From positions 32,001-96,000 of IMG/VR virus record IMGVR_UViG_3300048502_000015: a DNA stretch of 64,000 nt; one strand, written 5' to 3'. Position numbers and translations under genes: made by a program. Positions 19,327-26,711 of the stretch are shown here, in pieces; within the stretch, counting starts at the first letter, position 1; every line of letters starts with the position of its first letter. Source of the stretch: a virus (taxonomy: Duplodnaviria > Caudoviricetes). The notes beneath the pieces were generated by a model. The model did not search any database, had not been told where the DNA came from, and saw nothing but the letters and a program-made list of their open reading frames with translations.

Positions 19327-19686
19327 CTAACCAAGGGCCTCTTCGATAACTTTCCAATCTTCGTCTGTTCCGTATGCTATCGGATTATCTTCGGTAAAGA
19401 CTTCGGGAATTGCATTTGGACTCACTATGATATAGAAATCATTGGGATAATCAAGTTGATTGGTCGCCTCTTTTGGCGTTGTAATTCCCTGTTCTACATG
19501 GGCGTTTACTGCATGACGCAATCCGCGTTCCGAAGCCGGAACGACTATGACGGGAGAAAATTGGTGAAGTAGTACTACTCGCTCATCCCGAAAATCTGCG
19601 GCAGTAATTTCTGATGCCTTCAGTAGACCGATTACCTGTTCTCTTTCTTTTTCGGAAAGAGCATATCTCTTTACTATTTCTCCCAT
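19327..19686 (-). CDS. hypothetical protein
   Basis: 119 aa; SD AAAGGA. Confidence 0.6.
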   Translation of the reverse strand: MGEIVKRYALSEKEREQVIGLLKASEITAADFRDERVVLLHQFSPVIVVPASERGLRHAVNAHVEQGITTPKEATNQLDYPNDFYIIVSPNAIPEVFTEDNPIAYGTDEDWKVIEEALG

Positions 19687-19710
19687 ATCTTTCCTTTAGG
19701 TTGTACTTAG

Positions 19711-19784
19711 CTGCGGGGAAGAGAATCGAACTCCTGATGGCTACGGTTCAAAGCCGCAGTTGCGATGCCAGCACACACCCCGCA
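19711..19784 (-). tRNA. tRNA-Gln(TTG)
   Basis: TGCGG-CT-TTG-AA-CCGTA; T1-A72, G73. Confidence 0.85.
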
Positions 19785-19885
19785 ATAAGGCGGGTTCTCA
19801 CCGCACATGCGCCATATCGTAGATGGCCCGTCTATAGACCCTTTAATTCTATAGTCGCCAAGTATCCCCTTGGTGGTCACTTAAG

Positions 19886-19957
19886 CTGCGGAAGTTGGAT
19901 TCGAACCAACATCAGACGGCTTCAGAGGCCGCTATCTTGCCATTAGACCACTCCGCA
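19886..19957 (-). tRNA. tRNA-Gln(CTG)
   Basis: GCGGC-CT-CTG-AA-GCCGT. Confidence 0.92.
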
Positions 19958-20083
19958 AAGAGTTTGGTTGTTGTCGTACAACCATAAACGAGTCATTTCT
20001 CTGGCCTTGCTGCCGCTGCATGGCTGACTACCGGAGCGTTACCTGGGACTTAATACCCTGTTCTGAGGCGGCTAGACGATTTA

Positions 20084-20158
20084 TGGCGGCAACAGGTAAC
20101 GCTCCTGTATCGATTGGCTTATGAAACCAAGCTGGGTCTATCTCCAGTCCATACCGCA
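20084..20158 (-). tRNA. tRNA-Met(CAT), initiator-like 1:72 mismatch
   Basis: T1xC72; TTGGT-TT-CAT-AA-GCCAA; T loop AGCGTTA. Confidence 0.75.
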
Positions 20159-20165
20159 TTAAAGG

Positions 20166-20252
20166 GAACAGGGGAAGGAATCGAACCTTCGTAGATCTGG
20201 ATATGAGCCAAATTGGAGAAAGCCCTTTAGGGCAACCAACACTCTCCCTGCA
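20166..20252 (-). tRNA. tRNA-Met(CAT) with hairpin insertion in D loop
   Basis: TTTGG-CT-CAT-AT-CCAGA; extra GCCCT-AA-AGGGC in D loop; T1xT72, C73. Confidence 0.65.
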
Positions 20253-20264
20253 CGTAAACAAATC

Positions 20265-20340
20265 GAGGAACAACCTTACCCGTTAGGTGAAATCTAATGC
20301 CAGAGACATTAGACTATCGGACTCGAACCGATGTATCCTC
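20265..20340 (-). ncRNA. circularly permuted tRNA-like RNA (YrlA-type T-AS-D order)
   Basis: ATCGG-TTCGAGT-CCGAT, then AGTCTAA-linker-TTAGATT, then ACCT-AACGGGTA-AGGT, closed by GAGGA/TCCTC. Confidence 0.7.
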
Positions 20341-20344
20341 TCAG

Positions 20345-20430
20345 TACTCAAGAAGGGACTCGAACCCTTACGCCGTTTCACGGGCACACGCTTTTGAGGC
20401 GTGCGTGGCTACCAATTACACCACTTGAGC
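20345..20430 (-). tRNA. tRNA-Leu(CAA)
   Basis: CACGC-CT-CAA-AA-GCGTG; long variable arm. Confidence 0.92.
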
Positions 20431-20533
20431 AAAATATATACTGGACCTAGCCCTCGCGCGCTTTGCAGGGTGTTTCCGGATTTGCCATTCCTTCGTTGGA
20501 ATGGACAGGTAAGTAGTATATGTACCACCTTAG

Positions 20534-20607
20534 TACCACCAGAGGGATTTGAACCCTCGATATCTTGCTTGAAAGGCAAGCGAATTAGACCGCTATTCTA
20601 TGATGGC
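20534..20607 (-). tRNA. tRNA-Glu(TTC)
   Basis: CTTGC-CT-TTC-AA-GCAAG. Confidence 0.9.
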
Positions 20608-20790
20608 GTGTGTACGCTCTCTGTGACAATTTGCGCATACAAGATCACATTTGGCTATTTCGGCCAAAACAGACCTTAGAGAACGTCCGTTTGTAATCAA
20701 TTGAGAAATATTATTATCCTTTTGTGAGGGATCTAAATGATGAAAATCGGTGACATAGTAGCGAAATTGCCTGATTCCTCCGCTGGCCAA
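20593..20790 (-). pseudogene. N-terminally truncated HNH endonuclease
   Basis: DFHHLDP...EIAKCDLVCANCHRERT present; upstream CxxC absent; stop codon lies inside tRNA-Glu. Confidence 0.65.
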
Positions 20791-20942
20791 TTCGGAAGTG
20801 GTCCTCGATTTGAATCGTCATAAAAGCTATCCTGAAGGTCCTCTTCAAGTTCAAGAACTCGATCAAGGGCTTCAAGCAGAAGACCAACTATTTCACCGAA
20901 CGAGAACCGTTCTTCGTAATATTCTCTAGTGTGTCGTTCCAT
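20733..20942 (-). CDS. small acidic hypothetical protein, leaderless
   Basis: TGCTATACT-6nt-ATG (MERHTREYY...). Confidence 0.55.
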   Translation of the reverse strand: MERHTREYYEERFSFGEIVGLLLEALDRVLELEEDLQDSFYDDSNRGPLPNWPAEESGNFATMSPIFII

Positions 20943-21049
20943 AACTACAGTATAGCAGAACTTCAAAATTCGTGCAACACCTTAACCACCTGAACGTTGG
21001 CCCAATTCGGCAAAGAACTTAGGGCCAGTAGTCTAGGGCGTTACACAAG

Positions 21050-21123
21050 TGCGAATGGGAGGACTCGAACCTCCGACCACTTCCATATCAGGGAAGCACT
21101 CTAGTCCACTGAGTTACACTCGC
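21050..21123 (-). tRNA. tRNA-Ile(GAT)
   Basis: CTTCC-CT-GAT-AT-GGAAG. Confidence 0.92.
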
Positions 21124-21125
21124 AA

Positions 21126-21191
21126 TCTCCGTAAGAGGACCTGAGCCTCTACCTCTGGCTGCCGCCAGGATGCTTCTTACACCATACGGAA
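21126..21191 (-). ncRNA. compact tRNA-like RNA with tetraloop in place of anticodon loop
   Basis: TTCCGTA/TACGGAG; GTGT-AAGAA-GCAT; CTGGC-GGCA-GCCAG; AGAGG-CTCAGGT-CCTCT. Confidence 0.72.
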
Positions 21192-21192
21192 G

Positions 21193-21264
21193 TGGTCCCA
21201 GAGGGAATCGAACCCTCTACGCCCTCCTCTTCAGGGAGGCGCTCTACCATTGAGCTACAGGACC
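21193..21264 (-). tRNA. tRNA-Phe(GAA)
   Basis: CCTCC-CT-GAA-GA-GGAGG. Confidence 0.93.
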
Positions 21265-21630
21265 ATATACCTGCCGATCTCTCAGAAGGTATCTACAACA
21301 GGCGGACATGTTGAGCCGCCGAAAAGCTTGCAATCCACTTTTGTAGAATGGATTCGTTACTTTTCGGTGCCGGTTTCATCGTCCAACCGCTTGGTTAAAA
21401 CTACTATTTTCTTTGGCTTTTGCATACTATTTATACTACCTATTATCGGGTTATTACACTTGTACAAAAGTACAAGATTTAGTGGCTTATTCTATCCTTA
21501 CACCACTATCCAGTGATAACGTCGGTGTCACGACCTGATAGATGGCAATTAGATAGATCGGAGTGTGCGGTATGACCAGAGGAGTCCACACACCCCTGAT
21601 ACCGAGTGGATTTTACACAAGAACGATCTA

Positions 21631-21714
21631 CGGAATACCAGAGAATCGAACTCTGCCGGGACATAGCCCCTTATCTCGTTTCCAGCGAGACTCCTAACCA
21701 ATCGGTTATATTCC
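21631..21714 (-). tRNA. tRNA-Ser(GGA)
   Basis: TCTCG-CT-GGA-AA-CGAGA; long variable arm; overlaps pth2 stop. Confidence 0.8.
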
Positions 21715-22122
21715 AGAGTCCTCCGACAAGTGCCACCAGCGGCGTTCCTTGGTTTTTGGCGGCAAATCCTTGTACGTCCTGAAGTCTCCAAAAGTAGCCT
21801 GGACATGAAGATCGTCCTTATCCACAATCTCGACTCCGAGAGCAGTATAAGAAAACGGCTGAATCTCAGTTCGGCCTTCATCGATGATGATTGCCGTTTT
21901 GAATCCGCGTTCCTTAATGTACCGCTCAATGACCAGGAGTTGATCCGCATCCTCAGCCAGCATAACCAGCTTTGTGTAGTGCTTTCCGTAATTCCAGTTC
22001 TCGATCATCTTCCGATCAGAAATTTGGAATGCTTCGACGGCAGCATGAGCGACCTGCGCAGCAGATTTGCCAACCGACATACCTAAACCTCGGTTCAGGA
22101 ACAAATACATTGCAGGTCGCAC
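21706..22122 (-). CDS. pth2: peptidyl-tRNA hydrolase, Pth2 type
   Basis: MSVGKSAAQVAHAA, TKLV, IDEGRTEIQPFSYTALG. Confidence 0.9.
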   Translation of the reverse strand: MRPAMYLFLNRGLGMSVGKSAAQVAHAAVEAFQISDRKMIENWNYGKHYTKLVMLAEDADQLLVIERYIKERGFKTAIIIDEGRTEIQPFSYTALGVEIVDKDDLHVQATFGDFRTYKDLPPKTKERRWWHLSEDSGI

Positions 22123-22130
22123 ATTCTCTC

Positions 22131-22316
22131 CTAGCTGTCAATTTTTGTATAAACACCAAACACATCGAATAGCTTATCTACCGCCCATGCAGCAAGTGCC
22201 CATACTGTCCAAACTTTCCAAGCCGCGCCTAAGACAAGGGCCGGAGCAAGTAGAGAGTACAAAGCAAATGCTAGAAATAGTACTGCGAGAAACAAAATCA
22301 GTTTCTTGAGAATCAT
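22131..22316 (-). CDS. small two-TM membrane protein
   Basis: Two hydrophobic segments. Confidence 0.6.
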   Translation of the reverse strand: MILKKLILFLAVLFLAFALYSLLAPALVLGAAWKVWTVWALAAWAVDKLFDVFGVYTKIDS

Positions 22317-22384
22317 ATGAATCTTTCTGATGGTGCTACATTTATTCGTCAAATTAGGGAACGTACAGGTTTCTGTACGTCCAG

Positions 22385-22470
22385 CGGAAGGGAGGAGGGT
22401 CGAACTCCTAAGGCTTGCGCTCGTCTGTTTTCAAGACAGATGCCGTCGCCAACTGTCGGCTAGCCCTTCC
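22385..22470 (-). tRNA. tRNA-Ser(TGA)
   Basis: TCTGT-CT-TGA-AA-ACAGA. Confidence 0.88.
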
Positions 22471-22512
22471 AAACGGATCGTAACCCCATTTCAGGTTCGC
22501 TACGATCCTAAG

Positions 22513-22588
22513 AGATCAGAGTGAGATTCGAACTCACGATATTAAATGCTTTGCAGGCATTCCCGTTCAACCACTCCGGCATCTGATC
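22513..22588 (-). tRNA. tRNA-Cys(GCA)
   Basis: AATGC-CT-GCA-AA-GCATT; T73. Confidence 0.9.
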
Positions 22589-22862
22589 TTGGTCCCAGCC
22601 GACGCCTTCCGACGCCGACCGAGATGTGAAATCCGGATTGCCTACCGAAAACTTTGGACCAATATTGGTTTATAGTCAATATTACCGCAGTACCCATTGT
22701 TAGCCGCTAAGCACAACTGCCATCCGCTGCTAACGGACGCCACTAACTGTCTCAGGAACTTTCCCGTTGATGCGTTAGCTTGACGTTGCCAATGTTGCCT
22801 TATCCCCTATTGGTGCAGGGATTATTCAGCCATTTCTAGGTGCAACCGTCGCTACACCATAG

Positions 22863-22933
22863 CTCCTGAACAGGGACTCGAACCCCGATTAAATGGTTAA
22901 CAGCCATTCGTCCTGCCATTGAACGATTCAGGA
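22863..22933 (-). tRNA. tRNA-Asn(GTT)
   Basis: AATGG-CT-GTT-AA-CCATT. Confidence 0.93.
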
Positions 22934-22970
22934 ATGTTACTACAAGATCCTATGCGAGAACCATAGGATA

Positions 22971-23056
22971 CGGAATGCCTGGGATTTGAACCCAGAACGG
23001 GTATTAGACCGCACTTCCTTAGCAGGGAAGCTCCTCGTGCCATTCGGACACATTCC
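22971..23056 (-). tRNA. tRNA-Ser(GCT)
   Basis: CTTCC-CT-GCT-AA-GGAAG. Confidence 0.88.
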
Positions 23057-23117
23057 AAAGTAAATACTACTTCGGTTACGGGAATCCTCGCGGCCCACAC
23101 GATTTTGAAGGTAGTAA

Positions 23118-23189
23118 TGTCCCTGATGGGAGTCGAACCCATTCTCGCGGTTTAGGAAACCGCTGCCTTGTCCGTTTGGCTTCAAGGAC
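23118..23189 (-). tRNA. tRNA-Arg(CCT)
   Basis: GCGGT-TT-CCT-AA-ACCGC. Confidence 0.9.
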
Positions 23190-23283
23190 CGAGAGAAAGA
23201 GTCCCGTAGGACCCTTTCTGATTTGCTAGCACAATTAAAGTTCCCGCACCCGCCCGAGAGCTACAAACTCACTTGGGAACTAT

Positions 23284-23353
23284 TGATAAGTCCAGAATCG
23301 AACTGGAATCTCTGCCGTTTAGCAGCGAGGTTTCCAAAACCTCTTCATTATCT
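23284..23353 (-). ncRNA. tRNA-like RNA with long D stem and 4-nt 'anticodon' loop
   Basis: GAGGTTT-TGG-AAACCTC; CTGCT-AAAC-GGCAG; TCCAG-TTCGATT-CTGGA; GATAA/TTATC. Confidence 0.65.
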
Positions 23354-23384
23354 CCCCAGTACCCATGCATTGGCGTTGGAGTTA

Positions 23385-23783
23385 TGGATCATGTCGGAAT
23401 CGAACCGACGTGTTCGGTACGCCTATTAGGTTACTTCTATCAGCTTTGGGGCAGGCTTTAACCCGCCTCCACCAAAGAGTTTATACGATACTCATAAACG
23501 AAAAGCCCCGCTACCAATCTAGCTTTTATTCAGGTCTTTCTAGACGTGCTAGACAACGCTAGAAGACCGACTCTTGTTCTGGTTCCAAGTCAGAGTTGAC
23601 TCATGCAATGGCTAAACCAATGCTAGGAGTGAATCTCCCGCTGTTACCTGATCGCACTTGGCGAATAGGCTTGCCGGAATGTTCACGAGTGAATCGTTGT
23701 CATGTATTGACTGTTTGGTTTATGGTGACCAACCGCTGAATAACACTAACCGCTTCTTACCGAGTCGAATGCCTGTATGACCC
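23385..23783 (-). ncRNA. ssrA: tmRNA; predicted tag (A)DNDSLVNIPASLFAKCDQVTAGDSLLALV*
   Basis: GGGTCAT/ATGATCC-A with G3.U70; ATTCGAC; T arm GTCGG-TTCGATT-CCGAC; tag ORF 23701-23612. Confidence 0.9.
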
Positions 23784-23877
23784 GAGATTAGATGGACTAG
23801 GATTTCTGGGTTCAGTTCCCCACGTTACCTAGACTGGTGCGGTTGTTCCCGCTGTCTCTATTTGGACTACCCATCTA

Positions 23878-23949
23878 TATCCAGTACTGGATTCGAACCA
23901 GTGATCTCTTGCGTGTCGAGCAAGCGTAATCCCACTTTACCAACCGGAT
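23878..23949 (-). tRNA. tRNA-Val(GAC)
   Basis: CTTGC-TC-GAC-AC-GCAAG. Confidence 0.88.
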
Positions 23950-24004
23950 GAATTTCTCTGTCGCGGCGTTACCCACAGAGCCTCATCGCATCTGGATGAG
24001 AAAG

Positions 24005-24077
24005 TACTCGATATCCGTTCTGCCCGGATTACCTTTTGCGTGTAAAACAAACGCTCTCCTAATTGAGCTAATCGAGC
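24005..24077 (-). tRNA. tRNA-Val(TAC), atypical T loop
   Basis: TTTGT-TT-TAC-AC-GCAAA; T loop GGCAGAA. Confidence 0.8.
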
Positions 24078-24457
24078 AAGAATCCAAAGAGAGTCTGCGT
24101 TCACATCAAATAACTTTCAGAGCTACTGTCTTCCTGCCGGTCAAGTAGGTGGTTATTTGGCTGACTGTCACTCGGGACCTAGATCTTTGAGTCCTGTTTC
24201 TTTGGGTAAGAGTCCCCTTAAGGTATTACGTTGCCCCGCCTCTACCGGGGTCGCAAGGGGATAAGATTACGAGCGGTCACCAGCCATTGGAGGAATCGAA
24301 CCTCTCTACTCTAGGTGTACCATTATAAACAAGAATCGAACTTGACACCGTTAGGTTAAACTGTAGTCTAGATGCCTACACGGGTTCCCCGTTTACCGTA
24401 GTTGCTTGCGGTCTTAGCGCTAAGGAACCAAATTTGGTACATGGACCTACAGTTAAG

Positions 24458-24529
24458 CGACCCCATGGGGACTCGAACCCCAACTTCAACTTCGACAGAG
24501 TAGTGTGATGACCTTTTCACTATAGGGCC
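24458..24529 (-). tRNA. tRNA-Asp(GTC), intact
   Basis: CTACT-CT-GTC-GA-AGTTG; G73. Confidence 0.85.
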
Positions 24530-24581
24530 ATTAAATGAACCCCTACCGTCGCATAATGTATGAAACGATAAGGATGCAATA

Positions 24582-25253
24582 ATGAAATTACAACAACGAA
24601 CAGAAGCCCGTCATTTACGACAAGATTATGGTTGGTCTATTAAACAAATAGCCCAAAACCTCAATGTATCTCCCAGTTCAGTTAGTACCTGGACTAGAGA
24701 CATTGTTCTTACACCCGAACAACAGAAAAATTTGGATCTAAAAAATCCAGCATTGAATCCCACCGGAACAAACACAAATACCAAATTCTTTCGAGATAAA
24801 CGAAAGATATCACAAAACATCGGAGCCTCCCAAATCGGGAACCCCGAGTTTGCTGCTGGTTGTTGTCTGTATTGGGGAGAAGGATCTAAAAATCGTAATT
24901 CTGTTAGTATTACTAATACAGATACGAATCTTTTAGTCTTCTTTTTGCAATTTATACGAAATCACTTCGTCATTGACGATAATGAGATTCACGTAACCGT
25001 TTCCTATCATGTCGATAATGGATTCGATAAAGATACCGTCGAAGGATTTTGGTTACAAGCATTAAATCTACCCAAATCCTGTTTAAGAAAACCCATTCTA
25101 GATAGTCGATCTCGTTCGGCCACTAAAGCCCCAAATAAAAAGTATCCCTTTGGGTGTTGTCGAATTGAAATAGGTCGCACAGATATTATCCAAGCCATTT
25201 ATGGTGGTATTCAAGCACTTGGGGGATTTACAAAAACCGAATGGTTAGATTGA
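24582..25253 (+). CDS. HTH + LAGLIDADG-like homing endonuclease
   Basis: N-terminal HTH (SIKQIAQNLNVSPSSVSTW); LYWGEGSK...ITNTD; AT-rich; antisense to tRNA operon. Confidence 0.8.
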   Translation: MKLQQRTEARHLRQDYGWSIKQIAQNLNVSPSSVSTWTRDIVLTPEQQKNLDLKNPALNPTGTNTNTKFFRDKRKISQNIGASQIGNPEFAAGCCLYWGEGSKNRNSVSITNTDTNLLVFFLQFIRNHFVIDDNEIHVTVSYHVDNGFDKDTVEGFWLQALNLPKSCLRKPILDSRSRSATKAPNKKYPFGCCRIEIGRTDIIQAIYGGIQALGGFTKTEWLD

Positions 25254-25288
25254 CAGGGTAGCGCTTTAAGCCACTAAGCTACAACTCC
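25251..25288 (-). pseudogene. 5' half of tRNA-Asp(GTC) truncated after position 37
   Basis: GGAGTTGTAGCTTAGTGGCTTAAAGCGCTACCCTGTCA. Confidence 0.85.
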
Positions 25289-25359
25289 AGAAGCCACGAT
25301 GCCGACTGCATACGGCGGTTTGCGCAAACTCCCTCATGGCTTGAGGAGCGACCGTTAAG

Positions 25360-25430
25360 CAGGCCATATCCGAATCGAACAGATGTTAAGGGGTTTGGAA
25401 TCCCTTGTGCTACCACTACACCAATGGCCC
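25360..25430 (-). tRNA. tRNA-Trp(CCA)
   Basis: AGGGA-TT-CCA-AA-CCCCT. Confidence 0.88.
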
Positions 25431-25438
25431 TTATTTTA

Positions 25439-25624
25439 CTACCGAATTACAAAACGTCCCTGTCCAATGTGGCGGCGAGAACACTCCCTCTTCAAACCTC
25501 TAAGAAGTTTGTTCTTTTCGTCACTCATAGAGCCAAATCCGGATGAATAAAGCGCTGAAGTTAGAGAAAGAATTTCCTCGTCCGAGAAGACCGACCAACG
25601 AATCTTATTTGGAGTTTTGTTCAT
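25439..25624 (-). CDS. small hypothetical protein, leaderless
   Basis: TGATATACT-6nt-ATG. Confidence 0.6.
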   Translation of the reverse strand: MNKTPNKIRWSVFSDEEILSLTSALYSSGFGSMSDEKNKLLRGLKRECSRRHIGQGRFVIR

Positions 25625-25729
25625 AACTATAGTATATCACATAAATAGGCTCGCAAGGGGAATCAAAACCTATCGGAGCGCTCCCCAGCGCGGTTTAGAT
25701 AAGGATTTATATGATCGTTTGTCCGCCTA

Positions 25730-25800
25730 AGCCACAAGATGGTGCTGATCCATCGTCCCTGGGGTACGAATCCAGAATTCTTCCGTTGAACTATTGTGGC
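25730..25800 (-). tRNA. tRNA-Thr(CGT), atypical T loop
   Basis: CTGGA-TT-CGT-AC-CCCAG; T loop ATCAGCA. Confidence 0.78.
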
Positions 25801-25949
25801 GCTACTAATGAGATAGGAGTAAGCTACTCCATAGGTTCGGTTAATCCGTTGATCATGCCAATCTAATCAGCATAAGAGGCATCGATACTCTTCGTTAGCC
25901 AATGCTGTTAGCAACCCTTAGGATGGTCCCTTTCGGGAAAACTATCTCA

Positions 25950-26021
25950 AGCCGCCACCGAGAATCGAACTCGGGATGCATCCGTACCAAGGATGTGTGA
26001 TACCACTTACACCATGGCGGC
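25950..26021 (-). tRNA. tRNA-Thr(GGT)
   Basis: CATCC-TT-GGT-AC-GGATG. Confidence 0.92.
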
Positions 26022-26126
26022 GAATTGGGAATCCAATAAATTGGCAGTTAGCATCAAATGCTACTGGTTTATATTCCCAAGATCTCTACAAGAAACTGTT
26101 GCCCAGCTTCTTGCAAGTTTGAATTA

Positions 26127-26201
26127 TCGGGACGGCTGGATTCGAACCAGCGCTCACTCACTTCCAAGGCGAGGATGTTGACCAGGCTACACTACGCCCC
26201 G
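26127..26201 (-). tRNA. tRNA-Pro(TGG)
   Basis: CTCGC-CT-TGG-AA-GTGAG; C1-G72. Confidence 0.9.
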
Positions 26202-26247
26202 TTGGAGCAGAGAAGACCTTTGACAGCCTACTCTGCAAGTTACTTCA

Positions 26248-26322
26248 TGGACCTATTCGGGTTCGAACCGAAAACCTTCTCCGTGCAAGGGAGTTGCTCT
26301 ACCAAATTGGAGCTACAGGCCC
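26248..26322 (-). tRNA. tRNA-Ala(TGC)
   Basis: G3.U70; CTCC-CT-TGC-AC-GGAG. Confidence 0.92.
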
Positions 26323-26445
26323 AGACACCTGGGAAGATTGGTATCCCAGGCTTACTATCCAATGTATATTTAACGATTGGCCAATCACCGACCGACAGAG
26401 CAGGGCTAGACCCCTCTGTGATGCATGGCCTCTTCTAGCGAGGAG

Positions 26446-26519
26446 TGCCTCTCCTGGGACTCGAACCCAGACTGATACGCTTCTAAGGCGTAGTCCTCTA
26501 CCAATTGGGATAGAGAGGC
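26446..26519 (-). tRNA. tRNA-Leu(TAG), short variable loop
   Basis: TACGC-CT-TAG-AA-GCGTA; no long variable arm (a form known from actinobacterial tRNA-Leu). Confidence 0.88.
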
Positions 26520-26523
26520 TAGT

Positions 26524-26562
26524 GCCCTCTCCTACCAGAAAGGAGGAGGGTTAGGAGAGGGC
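26524..26562 (-). ncRNA. 11-bp hairpin displaying anti-Shine-Dalgarno CCTCCTTTCT in its loop
   Basis: GCCCTCTCCTA-ACCCTCCTCCTTTCTGG-TAGGAGAGGGC. Confidence 0.6.
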
Positions 26563-26711
26563 TGGGGGGACCAAGGGAATAAGCCCTTTACGCGGTCCCC
26601 GGTGCTACATTCTAGATACTGCAAATCACTCTAATAATCACATATTACAACTTGGAATCCGATCTAGGCCGGAACTTTTATGTTTCATGGATCCATAACC
26701 GCCGAAGCGGA

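Noticed and set aside
19960-20340. SRP RNA or HDV-like theta ribozymes after tRNAs
   Set aside because: No SRP domain IV consensus and no nested double-pseudoknot could be built by eye; needs a covariance-model scan.
24530-25260. Group I intron in tRNA-Asp
   Set aside because: The ORF is antisense and fills the insert, leaving no room for a ribozyme core, and the 3' exon lacks T arm and acceptor.
15315-25288. Trans-spliced split tRNA from the orphan 3' fragment and a 5' remnant
   Set aside because: Acceptor strands are not complementary (GTTGACC versus GGAGTTG or GGGCATC).
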